In this document: positions 54,003 to 63,687 of the stretch, one piece after another
Numbering within the stretch: position 1 is the stretch's first letter
Layout: each line of letters begins with the position of its first letter
IMG/VR virus record: IMGVR_UViG_3300025849_000025
Coordinates: 16,100-80,099 of that record
DNA length: 64,000 nt
DNA from: a virus
Direction: 5' to 3' (one strand)
Made by a program: the position numbers and the translations under genes
The notes under the pieces: generated by a model
Seen by the model: the letters and a program-made list of their open reading frames with translations, nothing else
What the model was told of the DNA's origin: nothing
Databases searched by the model: none

Positions 54003-55088
54003 ATGAAAGTTACTGTTGATAATGATCAGATAACTTCTGAAGTTAGTCGCATTATGGACTATGAGTTTGATGGTACTACTACGTTCTATCCTCATGAGTT
54101 TAGTCCTATTGATCGTGAGACAACTCTTAAGGAGTTTGGTATTGGTTTGATTGTAGGTCCTTCTGGTTCTGGTAAGACTACTCTTCTTAAAGAGTTCGGT
54201 TCTGAAGTAGAACCAGAGTGGGATTCTAATAAGGCCATTGCTTCTCATTTCAAAGACATTGATGATGTTCAAGATCGTTTGGGTGCTGTTGGTTTTAATA
54301 GTATTCCTTCTTGGTTACGTCCTTATCATGTTTTGTCTAATGGAGAACAGTTTCGTGCTAGATTAGCTCGACAGTTAGATAGTAATATTGTTGTTGATGA
54401 GTTTACATCTGTTATTGATAGAGATGTTGCTAAGAGTTGTTCTAATGCAATCAGTCGTTACGTTAAAAGAAACAACTTAAAGAACATTGTCTTCTCATCC
54501 TGTCATTATGACATCATTGAGTGGTTGCAACCTGATTGGGTGTTTGATACTCATACAGGTAGGCTAACCACAAGGGGGTATCAAAGGCCAGACATTGTTT
54601 TGGAAATCTTACCTTGTACCAGAGACATCTGGACGCTCTTCAGCGACCACCACTATCTCGACGGAAACATTCACTCAGGTGCATCATGTTGGATTGCAGT
54701 CTGGAACGACAGACTTGTCGGATTTCTTTCTAGCTTAAGCATGCCTTCTGGCAGTTTGAAGAATGCTTGGCGAGGTCATCGTACCGTCGTTTTGCCAGAG
54801 TTTCAAGGTTTGGGGATTGGTGCTAGAATGACAGAAGCTATGGGAGAATTACACTTAATAGAAGGTAAAAGATATTTTACAAAAACGGCTCACCCTAGAT
54901 TGGGAGAGTTTCGGAATAATTCTGATAAATGGCGTGGTACATCTAAGAATGGTATATCCAGACAGGATTATAAGACAGGATCAATGGCAAACCCAGATAA
55001 ACCTAGTTATGGTGGATTTGCTGATAGTCATTTCAAACACGCAGATAGAGTGTGTTACTCACACGAATATATAGGAGATGAAAAATGA
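54003..55088 (+). CDS. ABC-type ATPase fused to a GNAT acetyltransferase
   Basis: GPSGSGKTT, LSNGE, VVDEFTS, SCH; then HHYL and RTVVLPEFQGLGIG (acetyl-CoA motif A). Confidence 0.85.
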   Translation: MKVTVDNDQITSEVSRIMDYEFDGTTTFYPHEFSPIDRETTLKEFGIGLIVGPSGSGKTTLLKEFGSEVEPEWDSNKAIASHFKDIDDVQDRLGAVGFNSIPSWLRPYHVLSNGEQFRARLARQLDSNIVVDEFTSVIDRDVAKSCSNAISRYVKRNNLKNIVFSSCHYDIIEWLQPDWVFDTHTGRLTTRGYQRPDIVLEILPCTRDIWTLFSDHHYLDGNIHSGASCWIAVWNDRLVGFLSSLSMPSGSLKNAWRGHRTVVLPEFQGLGIGARMTEAMGELHLIEGKRYFTKTAHPRLGEFRNNSDKWRGTSKNGISRQDYKTGSMANPDKPSYGGFADSHFKHADRVCYSHEYIGDEK

Positions 55089-55606
55089 AGTTTTACAAGA
55101 TTGAGCCAGTTCGAAAGAAAGCTGTTGTAGAGTTTGAATATTGGCGTAGGGGTAGTCAAGAAGAAGGGTTTCAATTTGCAACCAAAGAACTTGGTTGGCG
55201 TTGGGGCGAATTCACGATTCGTGTCCCAGAAACCTCTGAAGAGATTGATGCATGGATCGCAAACCGCCCCGAAGGTTGGGGAACTCGTGAAGAAGTCGAT
55301 GACATGCTTTCGCAAGGTCTTAGTGTTTTCCTACCTGATAAAGACGATGACTATATTGAGTTGGATTCATACGATTACGAAATGGACAGCACTTGGGATG
55401 GTTGTTGGGAAGAATGGGAAGTTAATGGTAAGGTTGAAGATGAACACGCTTTGATCGAAGAAATCGAAGAAGGTTACGCCGAAGAATACGAAGAGTATAT
55501 GGTTGAAAATGGTTGGGATAATTATGATTATACCATTGAAATTCATTGTGAAGTCACAATGGTTGAGATCGACGATCCATACGCAGTTGACGTAGAGACT
55601 GAATGA
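55085..55606 (+). CDS. Highly acidic hypothetical protein
   Basis: 173 aa rich in D/E and W/Y; resembles 38276-38725. Confidence 0.65.
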   Translation: MKFYKIEPVRKKAVVEFEYWRRGSQEEGFQFATKELGWRWGEFTIRVPETSEEIDAWIANRPEGWGTREEVDDMLSQGLSVFLPDKDDDYIELDSYDYEMDSTWDGCWEEWEVNGKVEDEHALIEEIEEGYAEEYEEYMVENGWDNYDYTIEIHCEVTMVEIDDPYAVDVETE

Positions 55607-55612
55607 GCTAGT

Positions 55613-55658
55613 GTAGAGGGGCTTGACCGTCCCTCTACTTGCTTCAAAAGCATAAATA
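55613..55658 (+). promoter_or_regulatory. Hairpin plus late-promoter variant CATAAATA upstream of hemE
   Basis: GTAGAGGG-GCTTGACCGT-CCCTCTAC hairpin; CATAAATA at 55651-55658. Confidence 0.45.
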
Positions 55659-55691
55659 ATCGACCAAAGAAAAAGTTTTGGAGCAAAACTA

Positions 55692-56675
55692 ATGAATACT
55701 AAATTTACAAACGCTATAAACCGCATCGAACAGTCGTGTCCACCTATTTGGATGATGCGTCAAGCTGGTAGATACCAGAGTTCTTATATGGAACTCAAAG
55801 AAAAATATAACTTCATGCAAATGTGTAAACTACCGCAAATAGCGGCTAGGGTTGCCATGATGCCTATCGATGAATTTGATTTTGATGTCGCTATCTTGTT
55901 CAGTGACATTCTTTGGCATGTTGAAGGTTTGGGTCTGCCATTGACCTTTGATCCTAGTCCAAAGTTTGAATTCCATTTATCTGAGGAAAATTACAAAAAT
56001 CACATGTGCATTGAGACAGCTATGGAACATATTAGCTTTCAAAAGACTGCATTAGAAGTTACAAGAGATAAGTTGCCCATCAGCAAAAGTTTGATTGGAT
56101 TTGTTGGCGGTCCTTGGAGCGTACTCAATTATGCGTTGGGTGAAAATAAAGCATCAGCCGAATTCAAGACAATGTATCTTAATGAAGTCGTTATCCCTCT
56201 TATGGCTAGAAGCATCAGAGCGCAGAAGTTAGCGGGTGCTGAAATAGTTATGATCTTTGACAGTGGTTTGCATAATATGACTAAAGTGTATTACGATAAC
56301 TATTACCTTCCAATGATGGAGCAATTAGCATCAATCGGAAAGGTTGGTTATTACGCACGTGATTTGCCTAATGGTTCTTTACCTAAAGTTAAGAAAATGG
56401 AATGGGCTGGTATTGGTATTGACTCTACCCAAGATTTGCCAAAGACCTTAGAAACATATACTAATGGGTTTGTTCAAGGCAACTTCGATGAGAAATACAT
56501 GTTGTTAGAGACCAAACTATTTAAGTATGAATTGGATAAATGGCTTGATACCTTGGATGGTGTTGACACCACTGGTTGGGTATGTGGATTGGGTCATGGT
56601 ATCCATAAAACCACTCCAACAGATCATGTAGAACATTTTATTAGTAGTGTGAGAAATAAATTTGATGGCATTTGA
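55692..56675 (+). CDS. hemE: Uroporphyrinogen decarboxylase
   Basis: PIWMMRQAGRY, AILFSDIL, LIGFVGGPWS, IFDS, QGNFD, GLGHGI. Confidence 0.93.
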   Translation: MNTKFTNAINRIEQSCPPIWMMRQAGRYQSSYMELKEKYNFMQMCKLPQIAARVAMMPIDEFDFDVAILFSDILWHVEGLGLPLTFDPSPKFEFHLSEENYKNHMCIETAMEHISFQKTALEVTRDKLPISKSLIGFVGGPWSVLNYALGENKASAEFKTMYLNEVVIPLMARSIRAQKLAGAEIVMIFDSGLHNMTKVYYDNYYLPMMEQLASIGKVGYYARDLPNGSLPKVKKMEWAGIGIDSTQDLPKTLETYTNGFVQGNFDEKYMLLETKLFKYELDKWLDTLDGVDTTGWVCGLGHGIHKTTPTDHVEHFISSVRNKFDGI

Positions 56676-57468
56676 TGATTATGCGGCTTGGTTTAAAACC
56701 TTACAAAATGACATCTGTGATACCATTGAGGATATAGAATTTCCTTATGCAATAGGAATGGAAAGTCATTCGGGTTCAACTAAAGAAGGTTGGACTCAAA
56801 TGCACAGAACAATTCATAATGGTGGCATCGTTGAAAAGGGTACTGTTAATTTCAGTAAGATCGTGTCTGAGTTTGACCCCAATTTTGCCAAGGAAATTCC
56901 TGGTACTGAGGAACACAATAGATATAGTGCAACTGGTATAAGCGTTGTGCTACACTTCAAAAACCCACACGTTCCAGCAATGCATTTCAACACACGATAT
57001 TTACAGACAAGCACAAAAGAGTGGTTTGGTGGTGGCATGGATATTACGCCGTGTTTAGCATTCGACACACCGTCTTACCATAAACAACTGGAAGATGTGT
57101 GTAATAAGCATGACCCAGAATACTTTCCTAAGTTCAAAAAAGCATGTGATGAATACTTCTTTATACCACATCGTAACGAGATGCGTGGCGTTGGTGGAAT
57201 ATTTTTCGAGTATCACGATCCCAAGGATATGAGTTTTGCCTTTGTTAAAGATGTTGGTCAAACCTTCAATTCCTTAATCAAGAGTATCACTAATGATCTG
57301 TCTGACCTTTCTTATACTGAGGAAGACAGGGAAACATTAGAAGTCAAGCGTGGACGCTATGTAGAGTTCAATCTTTTGTATGATAGAGGAACGCGGTTTG
57401 GTTTCAAAACAGGTGGTAATATGGATGCAATCTTAATGACCCTACCCCCAACAGTGAGGTGGAAATGA
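56665..57468 (+). CDS. hemF: Oxygen-dependent coproporphyrinogen III oxidase
   Basis: EKGTVNFS, NPHVPAMHFNTRY, WFGGGMDITP, CDEYFFIPHRNEMRGVGGIFF, RGRYVEFNLLYDRGTRFG. Confidence 0.95.
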   Translation: MAFDDYAAWFKTLQNDICDTIEDIEFPYAIGMESHSGSTKEGWTQMHRTIHNGGIVEKGTVNFSKIVSEFDPNFAKEIPGTEEHNRYSATGISVVLHFKNPHVPAMHFNTRYLQTSTKEWFGGGMDITPCLAFDTPSYHKQLEDVCNKHDPEYFPKFKKACDEYFFIPHRNEMRGVGGIFFEYHDPKDMSFAFVKDVGQTFNSLIKSITNDLSDLSYTEEDRETLEVKRGRYVEFNLLYDRGTRFGFKTGGNMDAILMTLPPTVRWK

Positions 57469-58205
57469 TGAGAGTTGGCGTAAGAGGTAGTGACCTTGCT
57501 TTGGCATATGCAAATAGAGCGTGTGATGAATTGTCCTGTGAAACTGAGATAGTTGTTATTAAAACAATGGGTGATCTTAACCCTAATGTGCCAATACATG
57601 AAATGGGCGGCAAGGGTGTTTTTTGTAGCGCAATAGAAACTGCATTAATCAACAACGAGATTGATGTAGCAGTACATAGCTTAAAAGACATGCCTGGTGA
57701 TATTCAACACCCTGATCTTGTTATTGCATCTTATCTAAAGCGCAATGATCCACATGACGTATTGATAGGTAGTGTGTTTGAAGGTTGTACAATAGGTACG
57801 AGTAGTCCAAGACGCAGAGAACAAATTCAAGAATTATATGGTCATTTGAATGTCGAGATAAAGCATATTCGAGGAAACATAGACACACGTTTACAGAAAC
57901 TCGACGATAAAGAGTACGATGCAATTATTTTAGCAAAAGCTGGATTAGATGCGCTTGATATATCTAGGATATGCAAACCATTAGATATCATACCAGCAGT
58001 TGGTCAAGGAACTACTGTATTGCAATGCAGAAAAGATGATGTCGAAACCATAGAACTTGTTTCCAAAACAAATGATGATTTGACAATGAGACAATCTTTC
58101 TTAGAGAGATCGTTGCTCAAAGGTATGATGGGTGATTGTAGTACATCAGTTGCCGCCTATGCACATGGAGATTCGCCAATTAGAATGGACGTTGTTTATT
58201 ATTGA
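57459..58205 (+). CDS. hemC: Porphobilinogen deaminase (hydroxymethylbilane synthase), C-terminally short
   Basis: RGSDLAL, GGKGVF, DVAVHSLKDMP, GTSSPRR, IRGNIDTRL, PAVGQG, cofactor Cys in MGDCSTSV. Confidence 0.92.
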   Translation: MEMMRVGVRGSDLALAYANRACDELSCETEIVVIKTMGDLNPNVPIHEMGGKGVFCSAIETALINNEIDVAVHSLKDMPGDIQHPDLVIASYLKRNDPHDVLIGSVFEGCTIGTSSPRRREQIQELYGHLNVEIKHIRGNIDTRLQKLDDKEYDAIILAKAGLDALDISRICKPLDIIPAVGQGTTVLQCRKDDVETIELVSKTNDDLTMRQSFLERSLLKGMMGDCSTSVAAYAHGDSPIRMDVVYY

Positions 58206-58281
58206 CAACTTGATATATCTGTGATATGATATGTAAATCATAAACGTAATATATGATTTGTAAGTCATAAGGAAGATTGTC

Positions 58282-58929
58282 ATGAGCGTTACGGATTACA
58301 CCGTATCACCAATAACTATACAAGAAGCTACACCGTTTGTTGTTGATTGGCATTACTCCAAGAATACGAATGGCTTGGCTACTCGTTTCTGTTTCGGTCT
58401 TTTCGATGGAACTGAAATGATTGGTGTTATGATATATGCGTATCTAGGCATGGCAAGTGTTTGGAAGAAGTATGGGGAAGTTGAAACAGACGTTGTTGAA
58501 CTAAGACGATTGTGCTGTATTGATGACACCCCTAAGAACACGGAGAGTTACTTCATAGCTCAGACTATTAATTGGTTGAGGCAGAATACAGATTGTAAAG
58601 TTGTTGTCAGTTATGCTGACAGTATGCAAGGGCATGTAGGCACTATATACTATGCATCAAACTTTTACTATTTGGGTATGACTGCTAAAGGTAGATCAAT
58701 AAAGATTAAGGGTAGTGATCGTCTGTATCACGAAAAGACAATACGGACTTATTACACACCTAAGAATGGAGAGAGGCGTCTCAAACCATACGCACAAAAA
58801 ATTAAGGAACAGCTAGAGAACGGTGAAGCAGAATACGTTCATAGTAAAGGCAAACACATATTCGTATATCCTCTCAATAAGAAGGAAAGACGGAAGTATA
58901 AAATGAAAGCAACGAATGTCAAATCTTGA
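58282..58929 (+). CDS. Mom-like (GNAT) DNA adenine modification protein
   Basis: WHYS, ELRRL, PKNTESYFI, VSYAD..QGHVGTIYYASNF.Y.G; promoter TTGACA-N17-TATGAT at 58202-58230. Confidence 0.8.
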   Translation: MSVTDYTVSPITIQEATPFVVDWHYSKNTNGLATRFCFGLFDGTEMIGVMIYAYLGMASVWKKYGEVETDVVELRRLCCIDDTPKNTESYFIAQTINWLRQNTDCKVVVSYADSMQGHVGTIYYASNFYYLGMTAKGRSIKIKGSDRLYHEKTIRTYYTPKNGERRLKPYAQKIKEQLENGEAEYVHSKGKHIFVYPLNKKERRKYKMKATNVKS

Positions 58930-59434
58930 AATGATTAAGCGAACTAGTCGTAATGCTGAGAGTGATGAGTGCTACACACCGTCTGATCAAATCATTCCTT
59001 TGTTGGACTATCTCGACAAAGATAGAACCTATTACGAAGCAACAAGCGGTATTTCTTCAAACATCTTAGAAGGAATGCATAAACATGGCTACAAGATGAT
59101 TGGCAGTGAGGGCAGAGACTTCTTTGATTGTACTGCCGATGATGTTTATGATGGTGTTATAACTAATCCACCATACAGTCTTAAAGACAAGTTCATCGAA
59201 CACTGCTATTCTCTAAAGAAGCCATTTGCTTTGTTTTTGCCTGTCGCATCGTTTCAAGGTGGTAAACGTGGACAGATGTTCATGGACTATGGGATGTCTA
59301 CACTAGTGTATAATAACAGAGTAGACTTCACAGGTGGTGGCGCACCACACTTTGGCAATGCTTGGTTTATGTGGGGCATCCTACCACCTAACACAATTTA
59401 TTGGGCTAATAACCCAAAGATGAACAGAAAGTAG
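58916..59434 (+). CDS. Small N6-adenine DNA methyltransferase
   Basis: DECYTP, DFF, ITNPPYS, KPFALFLP. Confidence 0.8.
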   Translation: MSNLEMIKRTSRNAESDECYTPSDQIIPLLDYLDKDRTYYEATSGISSNILEGMHKHGYKMIGSEGRDFFDCTADDVYDGVITNPPYSLKDKFIEHCYSLKKPFALFLPVASFQGGKRGQMFMDYGMSTLVYNNRVDFTGGGAPHFGNAWFMWGILPPNTIYWANNPKMNRK

Positions 59435-59441
59435 TTATCAA

Positions 59442-59687
59442 ATGAGCTATAGGATCGAATCTGCCAGTAAGGAAGAATGGGCTGAACGAGCAATCAACGT
59501 CGAGAAGAAGTTAGCTGTCTTAGAAAATAGTATTAAAGAACTGTTTAGTCTGCTTGACGCTACTGAAGAAACTGACGAAGGTCGTGAGTTTCATCCAGTA
59601 AGAATCGTCTGTTGTCGTAATGATATGATTGAAAAACTTGAGAACGTCTTGGCTACATTAAAAAGCAATCGCAGAGATGATGTTTAG
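59442..59687 (+). CDS. Hypothetical protein
   Basis: 81 aa; EETDEGREFHP..I.CCR. Confidence 0.6.
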   Translation: MSYRIESASKEEWAERAINVEKKLAVLENSIKELFSLLDATEETDEGREFHPVRIVCCRNDMIEKLENVLATLKSNRRDDV

Positions 59688-59968
59688 ATAGCAAAACTTT
59701 CACCGCAACCACATGAAGCTGTTGCGTTGGGATTGACTACCTTGAGGTAACTTCCTCCCAGTTCTTCAACGTAGTCAATCGTACATCCAAAGATGAACAT
59801 CTCTGCCATGGGATCAAGCCACAGATTTTCAACAGTGGGTTCCTTATCGGTAACACCCCACTCATACTGAAAACCAGAACAACCCCCACCCTTTACATTG
59901 AGTGATACGTTTGGTTTACCTGCTTTTGCTAAGTATGCTTTTGCACTATCTGTGACTTGAATATTCAT
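59684..59968 (-). CDS. iscA: A-type Fe-S cluster carrier (IscA/HesB family)
   Basis: GGGCSGFQY...NPNATASCGCGESF. Confidence 0.92.
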   Translation of the reverse strand: MNIQVTDSAKAYLAKAGKPNVSLNVKGGGCSGFQYEWGVTDKEPTVENLWLDPMAEMFIFGCTIDYVEELGGSYLKVVNPNATASCGCGESFAI

Positions 59969-60121
59969 TTATTCAGACTTCCAAATTGTCCATGCACCGT
60001 AAGCAATCATGCCATACGCTACTAAGTTAAGTGGTGCGATAATCATTGCTACGCCTGAGGCAACAAGAATAATACCATCCCAAGATGTTCTTTCTGATAG
60101 TCTTTTCATTAACCAGTTCAT
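59969..60121 (-). CDS. 50-aa two-TM membrane protein, possibly holin-like (not in ORF track)
   Basis: MNWLMKRLSERTSWDGIILVASGVAMIIAPLNLVAYGMIAYGAWTIWKSE; AAGGAG RBS. Confidence 0.6.
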   Translation of the reverse strand: MNWLMKRLSERTSWDGIILVASGVAMIIAPLNLVAYGMIAYGAWTIWKSE

Positions 60122-60131
60122 TTATTTCTCC

Positions 60132-60479
60132 TTAATAAGCAGTTATCGTTGGTGCGCCCACCGTTGGCTTGTGTAGTATTGCTACTTTGCTCTGGTGTAT
60201 TGGCTCTTCTGTAGATTTATTTACGAACTGACTGTATTTATATGGATTGTATGTAATTGCAGTTCCGTTTTCTAATCCAAATATCTCTTCGCATAATTCA
60301 CCGCGAATGAATGCGTGAACATTCTTCCTTCCTTCTGCCAATACTTTCGCACGACCAGAAGGACGAACAACATAAGTTGGATTCATGATATTCACATCGT
60401 ATGTGTGTGCAATCACTTTGCCCTTATGTCTTACACTAAACAAGTTCTTGTGTAGATTATAGTAAACCTCGACTCGCAT
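60132..60479 (-). CDS. Hypothetical phage protein
   Basis: VYYNLHK..FSV, GRAKVL.EGRKNVHAF, YNPYK. Confidence 0.7.
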   Translation of the reverse strand: MRVEVYYNLHKNLFSVRHKGKVIAHTYDVNIMNPTYVVRPSGRAKVLAEGRKNVHAFIRGELCEEIFGLENGTAITYNPYKYSQFVNKSTEEPIHQSKVAILHKPTVGAPTITAY

Positions 60480-60536
60480 TAACTCATCCTTTATTTGTTA
60501 TGAAAACACTTTAATAAGATATCGAACTAATGTCAA

Positions 60537-60594
60537 GACACCAAAAACAGCCATCCTCCATTATATAACCTAGGGAGCGGTTGTTTTTGGTGTC
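60537..60594. terminator. Long inverted repeat or terminator adjoining a -35 box
   Basis: GACACCAAAAACAGCC ... GGTTGTTTTTGGTGTC, a 16-bp stem with one G-T pair. Confidence 0.6.
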
Positions 60595-60899
60595 TACTTC
60601 TTTTTGCCACCAAGCTTCTTTGGCTCTACCGCCTCTAGTCGTTTTTCTAGTTCGTCTATCTTCTTTGTGATCTTTGGATACTTCTTACGCCAAGCATCTT
60701 CTGGTTGTTCCAACCAAGTCCAACCCCAACGTTCTACAAGAAAGTCGATTGCGTTATCTACCTTTGCGTAACCCCAAAGACCTATACGTGTTGTGCTTAT
60801 GTACGCAACAAAGATCGCGCCCAAGACTGACCCACCTAAAGCCGTGTATATCCATAGACGATCACTCGCCATTTGTTGTATCATATCAATCATCATCAT
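60594..60899 (-). CDS. Membrane-anchored hypothetical protein
   Basis: One TM segment; basic coiled-coil tail. Confidence 0.6.
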   Translation of the reverse strand: MMMIDMIQQMASDRLWIYTALGGSVLGAIFVAYISTTRIGLWGYAKVDNAIDFLVERWGWTWLEQPEDAWRKKYPKITKKIDELEKRLEAVEPKKLGGKKK

Positions 60900-61623
60900 T
60901 CTCCTTGGTGTACTTGCAATAATGGTTCATGCCATGATCATATGCACCGTCAAATGGCATTCCTTTTTTCAAGGCTCTCCATCTGCCACGCCACTTATCT
61001 TTTACTCGTTGCCACTTTGTGCAGGCTCTAATATTTCCGTAGTAATTGATGTATCGTGGGGTGGAGTTGTGTCTGTACCCCAACAAAGCAAATGGTACAC
61101 AAGTAACCATATCGTTATTATTGACATGACGATAATGAGGCGTTGTAATAGAGTTGACAAATTTCCTAGTCCCTGTTCTTGGTGATCCATACGTAAAGAG
61201 GGCATCTACTTTGCCCTGTAGTCTGCTACATGCGATTGTCGCCATAGCACCACCCAACGAGTGACCACAGATGAATAATTTTTTATCTTCAATCTTAGAG
61301 GAATTTGTGAAAGCAGAAACTTGATCCCACACCTTATTTACTTCCTCTTGAAACCCATTATGTACAAGTCCAGAACCGTTTTGCGCTTTGTCTGGTAAAG
61401 CGTTTAGGTCTGCTTTAATATCAGAGAACTCACCTGGTTCTGTCCCCCTAAAGCACAAAACATTTTCTTCTTTATTGCCTATGATGTGCAACTGAGCGCC
61501 ATCATGTTCAATAAACTTATGTCTAGTATAACCTAGTTTCTTATATTGCTTTTTAGCTTCTGCACCATCAAGGTATGCTATCTGGGCGCATTGAGCCATA
61601 ACTGCACATTTATTTATATACAT
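60886..61623 (-). CDS. Class 3 lipase (alpha/beta hydrolase)
   Basis: FRGTE, VHNGF, GHSLGGA, TYGSPR, NNNDMV, DH. Confidence 0.88.
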   Translation of the reverse strand: MYINKCAVMAQCAQIAYLDGAEAKKQYKKLGYTRHKFIEHDGAQLHIIGNKEENVLCFRGTEPGEFSDIKADLNALPDKAQNGSGLVHNGFQEEVNKVWDQVSAFTNSSKIEDKKLFICGHSLGGAMATIACSRLQGKVDALFTYGSPRTGTRKFVNSITTPHYRHVNNNDMVTCVPFALLGYRHNSTPRYINYYGNIRACTKWQRVKDKWRGRWRALKKGMPFDGAYDHGMNHYCKYTKENDDD

Positions 61624-61635
61624 TTCTTATTATCC

Positions 61636-63687
61636 CTATTTAGTTGTTGCTCTAAAAATACCGTCCCAATCAGATGGTAATTTTTGCGTTGACATATAAT
61701 TACAGCGTTCGATCCAGATGTCATAGTAATCATCCATCTTGCCGTTAAAGCATCCTTTTAGATTTTCGCATATAGTAATAGCTTCTCCAAAATTTTGTTC
61801 TCTGTAGCACTTATGCATGAAATGGTGGCTTAGTTGGTTTGAACTATTATGAGCTTTATCTGCGCCACTAAGATCAAGTGCTGTGTATATATCTAACCCC
61901 ACATTCTTACCCTTCACAGCAAGATCGTCTAGTTTTAGATAAAAGAAATCATTTTTAGTTGCTTGATATGTCGAAGGACCTACGATCAGAACAACACCAT
62001 AACTCTTACAAGCACTCTCCAATCTAGCGGCTGTGCTGACTGCATCCCCTAGAATATCATAGCTGTGTCTTGCGGTTGATCCCATCTCACCAATATACCC
62101 AAGCCCTGTGTTGATCCCTGCGCCCATAGCAACAGGCGGTTTGCCAGCAGCAACAAGCTTAGCGCTAAACTCATCAACCGCTCTAAGCATACGAAGACAT
62201 GTTTTCATACCATTTTTAGGATGCTCTGGATCATTGATAGGTGCGTTGTGGATGTGCATAGAAGCATCACCAATATACTTAATGATCATTCCGTTCGCAT
62301 CTAAAACTGGCTTAGTAATCGCATCCATGTATCCGTTCATTACATCAGTAAGACCTTTTACGTCATCACCAAAGCTTTCGCCTAATGGTGTAAAGCCACG
62401 TAGATCACTGAATACGATAGATACTTCTTTCTTCATACCTTCTTTGACAAGAGAAGGATTTTCTTGTAACAGGCGTACTACTTCTGGGGAAGCGTAGCCT
62501 GCGAATTGTTTTTTGATTGCTTGCTTCTGTAGAAACTCATCTACAAACCTGAGTACATACTGTACAAGACCAACGAGCAAGAGCATAGCAGAAATGGTAA
62601 TACCATCAATAAGAACATTCGAAGTAGTAAAGACATAAATGGAACCCCCTATAAGTCCAGTGATTGTCATGACAAAAACACCAAGACCTATAAAAGTCCA
62701 ATATGATAATAATATTATGATAAGACCACTCACAACTAATGCGGCTAACTCGCCCCATGCTTTCGCATCTGCATTTCGTGTGATGTTACTCTCATTAAAA
62801 ACTGTGCCTAGCATTGAGGCTTGTATTTCGTGTGGGAATATAGAACCCATAGCTGTGGCGACTGGTTGTGTAATACCTGATGCAGTAGTTCCTACGAATA
62901 CAACAGCACCACCAAAGTCTTCTGGCATATCCATTAGACTTACTGAGTTGTATCCTTGTGACCAGTCTATCCAAACTTCGCCAGATTCGTTGGTTGGTAT
63001 TATGCCGAATTGTGGTATTCTTAGCTTATCTACTCCTAATGGAGATAACTTGATTTGAAAACTTGGATCACCAGAAAGAACTCTTAAAACTTCCATCGTA
63101 ACGTTTGGGTATAAATTACCACCATTCTCAAAAACTAATGGTGCGCGTCTAGTAACACCATCTATTTCTGGGAAGGTGTTGATGATTCCTGACCCCACTG
63201 CATTAAACTCAATGACATCGACGTTAGCTGTAATGCCAGGTACGCTTGGAATAACATACATATAATCGCTATTAATAATAGCGGCTCCCGGATTAATTGG
63301 TTCATTTTTGTTCTCCTCAGTTCCTAGCATATTTACTATGACAGGGTAGTTTTGCAAGGTTGTTGCAAGTAGTTCATCTTCCCCTGATCTATCTTCTTCG
63401 CTCATAAGAACATTAAACACCACAAGCCCAGCGCCTCTGTTGTATAAGTCCTCTATTATATTTGCGTAATTGCCACGTGGAAAAGGCCACTGACCATATT
63501 CAGTCAAGGCTTCTTCGTCTATGTTGACAGTGTATATGTTGTTTGGGACGGTTTCTTGATTAACGATCAACTGATCAAAGTAGCGTAATCTAAGACTTTC
63601 TATGATGGATGGGTTGATGGTGTGTAGCCAAACGAACACCCCCAATAACGTGATAGCCCATATAGGAGAAAATAAAATCTTTCTCAT
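61636..63687 (-). CDS. CHASE2-domain class III adenylate cyclase
   Basis: IDEEAL..GQWPFPR and DGVTRR (CHASE2); TM helices; FSDLRGFT, KYIGD, GINTG, YDILGDAVSTAARLES. Confidence 0.9.
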   Translation of the reverse strand: MRKILFSPIWAITLLGVFVWLHTINPSIIESLRLRYFDQLIVNQETVPNNIYTVNIDEEALTEYGQWPFPRGNYANIIEDLYNRGAGLVVFNVLMSEEDRSGEDELLATTLQNYPVIVNMLGTEENKNEPINPGAAIINSDYMYVIPSVPGITANVDVIEFNAVGSGIINTFPEIDGVTRRAPLVFENGGNLYPNVTMEVLRVLSGDPSFQIKLSPLGVDKLRIPQFGIIPTNESGEVWIDWSQGYNSVSLMDMPEDFGGAVVFVGTTASGITQPVATAMGSIFPHEIQASMLGTVFNESNITRNADAKAWGELAALVVSGLIIILLSYWTFIGLGVFVMTITGLIGGSIYVFTTSNVLIDGITISAMLLLVGLVQYVLRFVDEFLQKQAIKKQFAGYASPEVVRLLQENPSLVKEGMKKEVSIVFSDLRGFTPLGESFGDDVKGLTDVMNGYMDAITKPVLDANGMIIKYIGDASMHIHNAPINDPEHPKNGMKTCLRMLRAVDEFSAKLVAAGKPPVAMGAGINTGLGYIGEMGSTARHSYDILGDAVSTAARLESACKSYGVVLIVGPSTYQATKNDFFYLKLDDLAVKGKNVGLDIYTALDLSGADKAHNSSNQLSHHFMHKCYREQNFGEAITICENLKGCFNGKMDDYYDIWIERCNYMSTQKLPSDWDGIFRATTK

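Noticed and set aside
55692-58205. Host chromosomal contamination or prophage boundary at the hem genes
   Set aside because: Composition is similar to the flanks, gene overlaps are phage-style, phage genes lie on both sides and no integrase or att site is seen; read-level confirmation is still advisable
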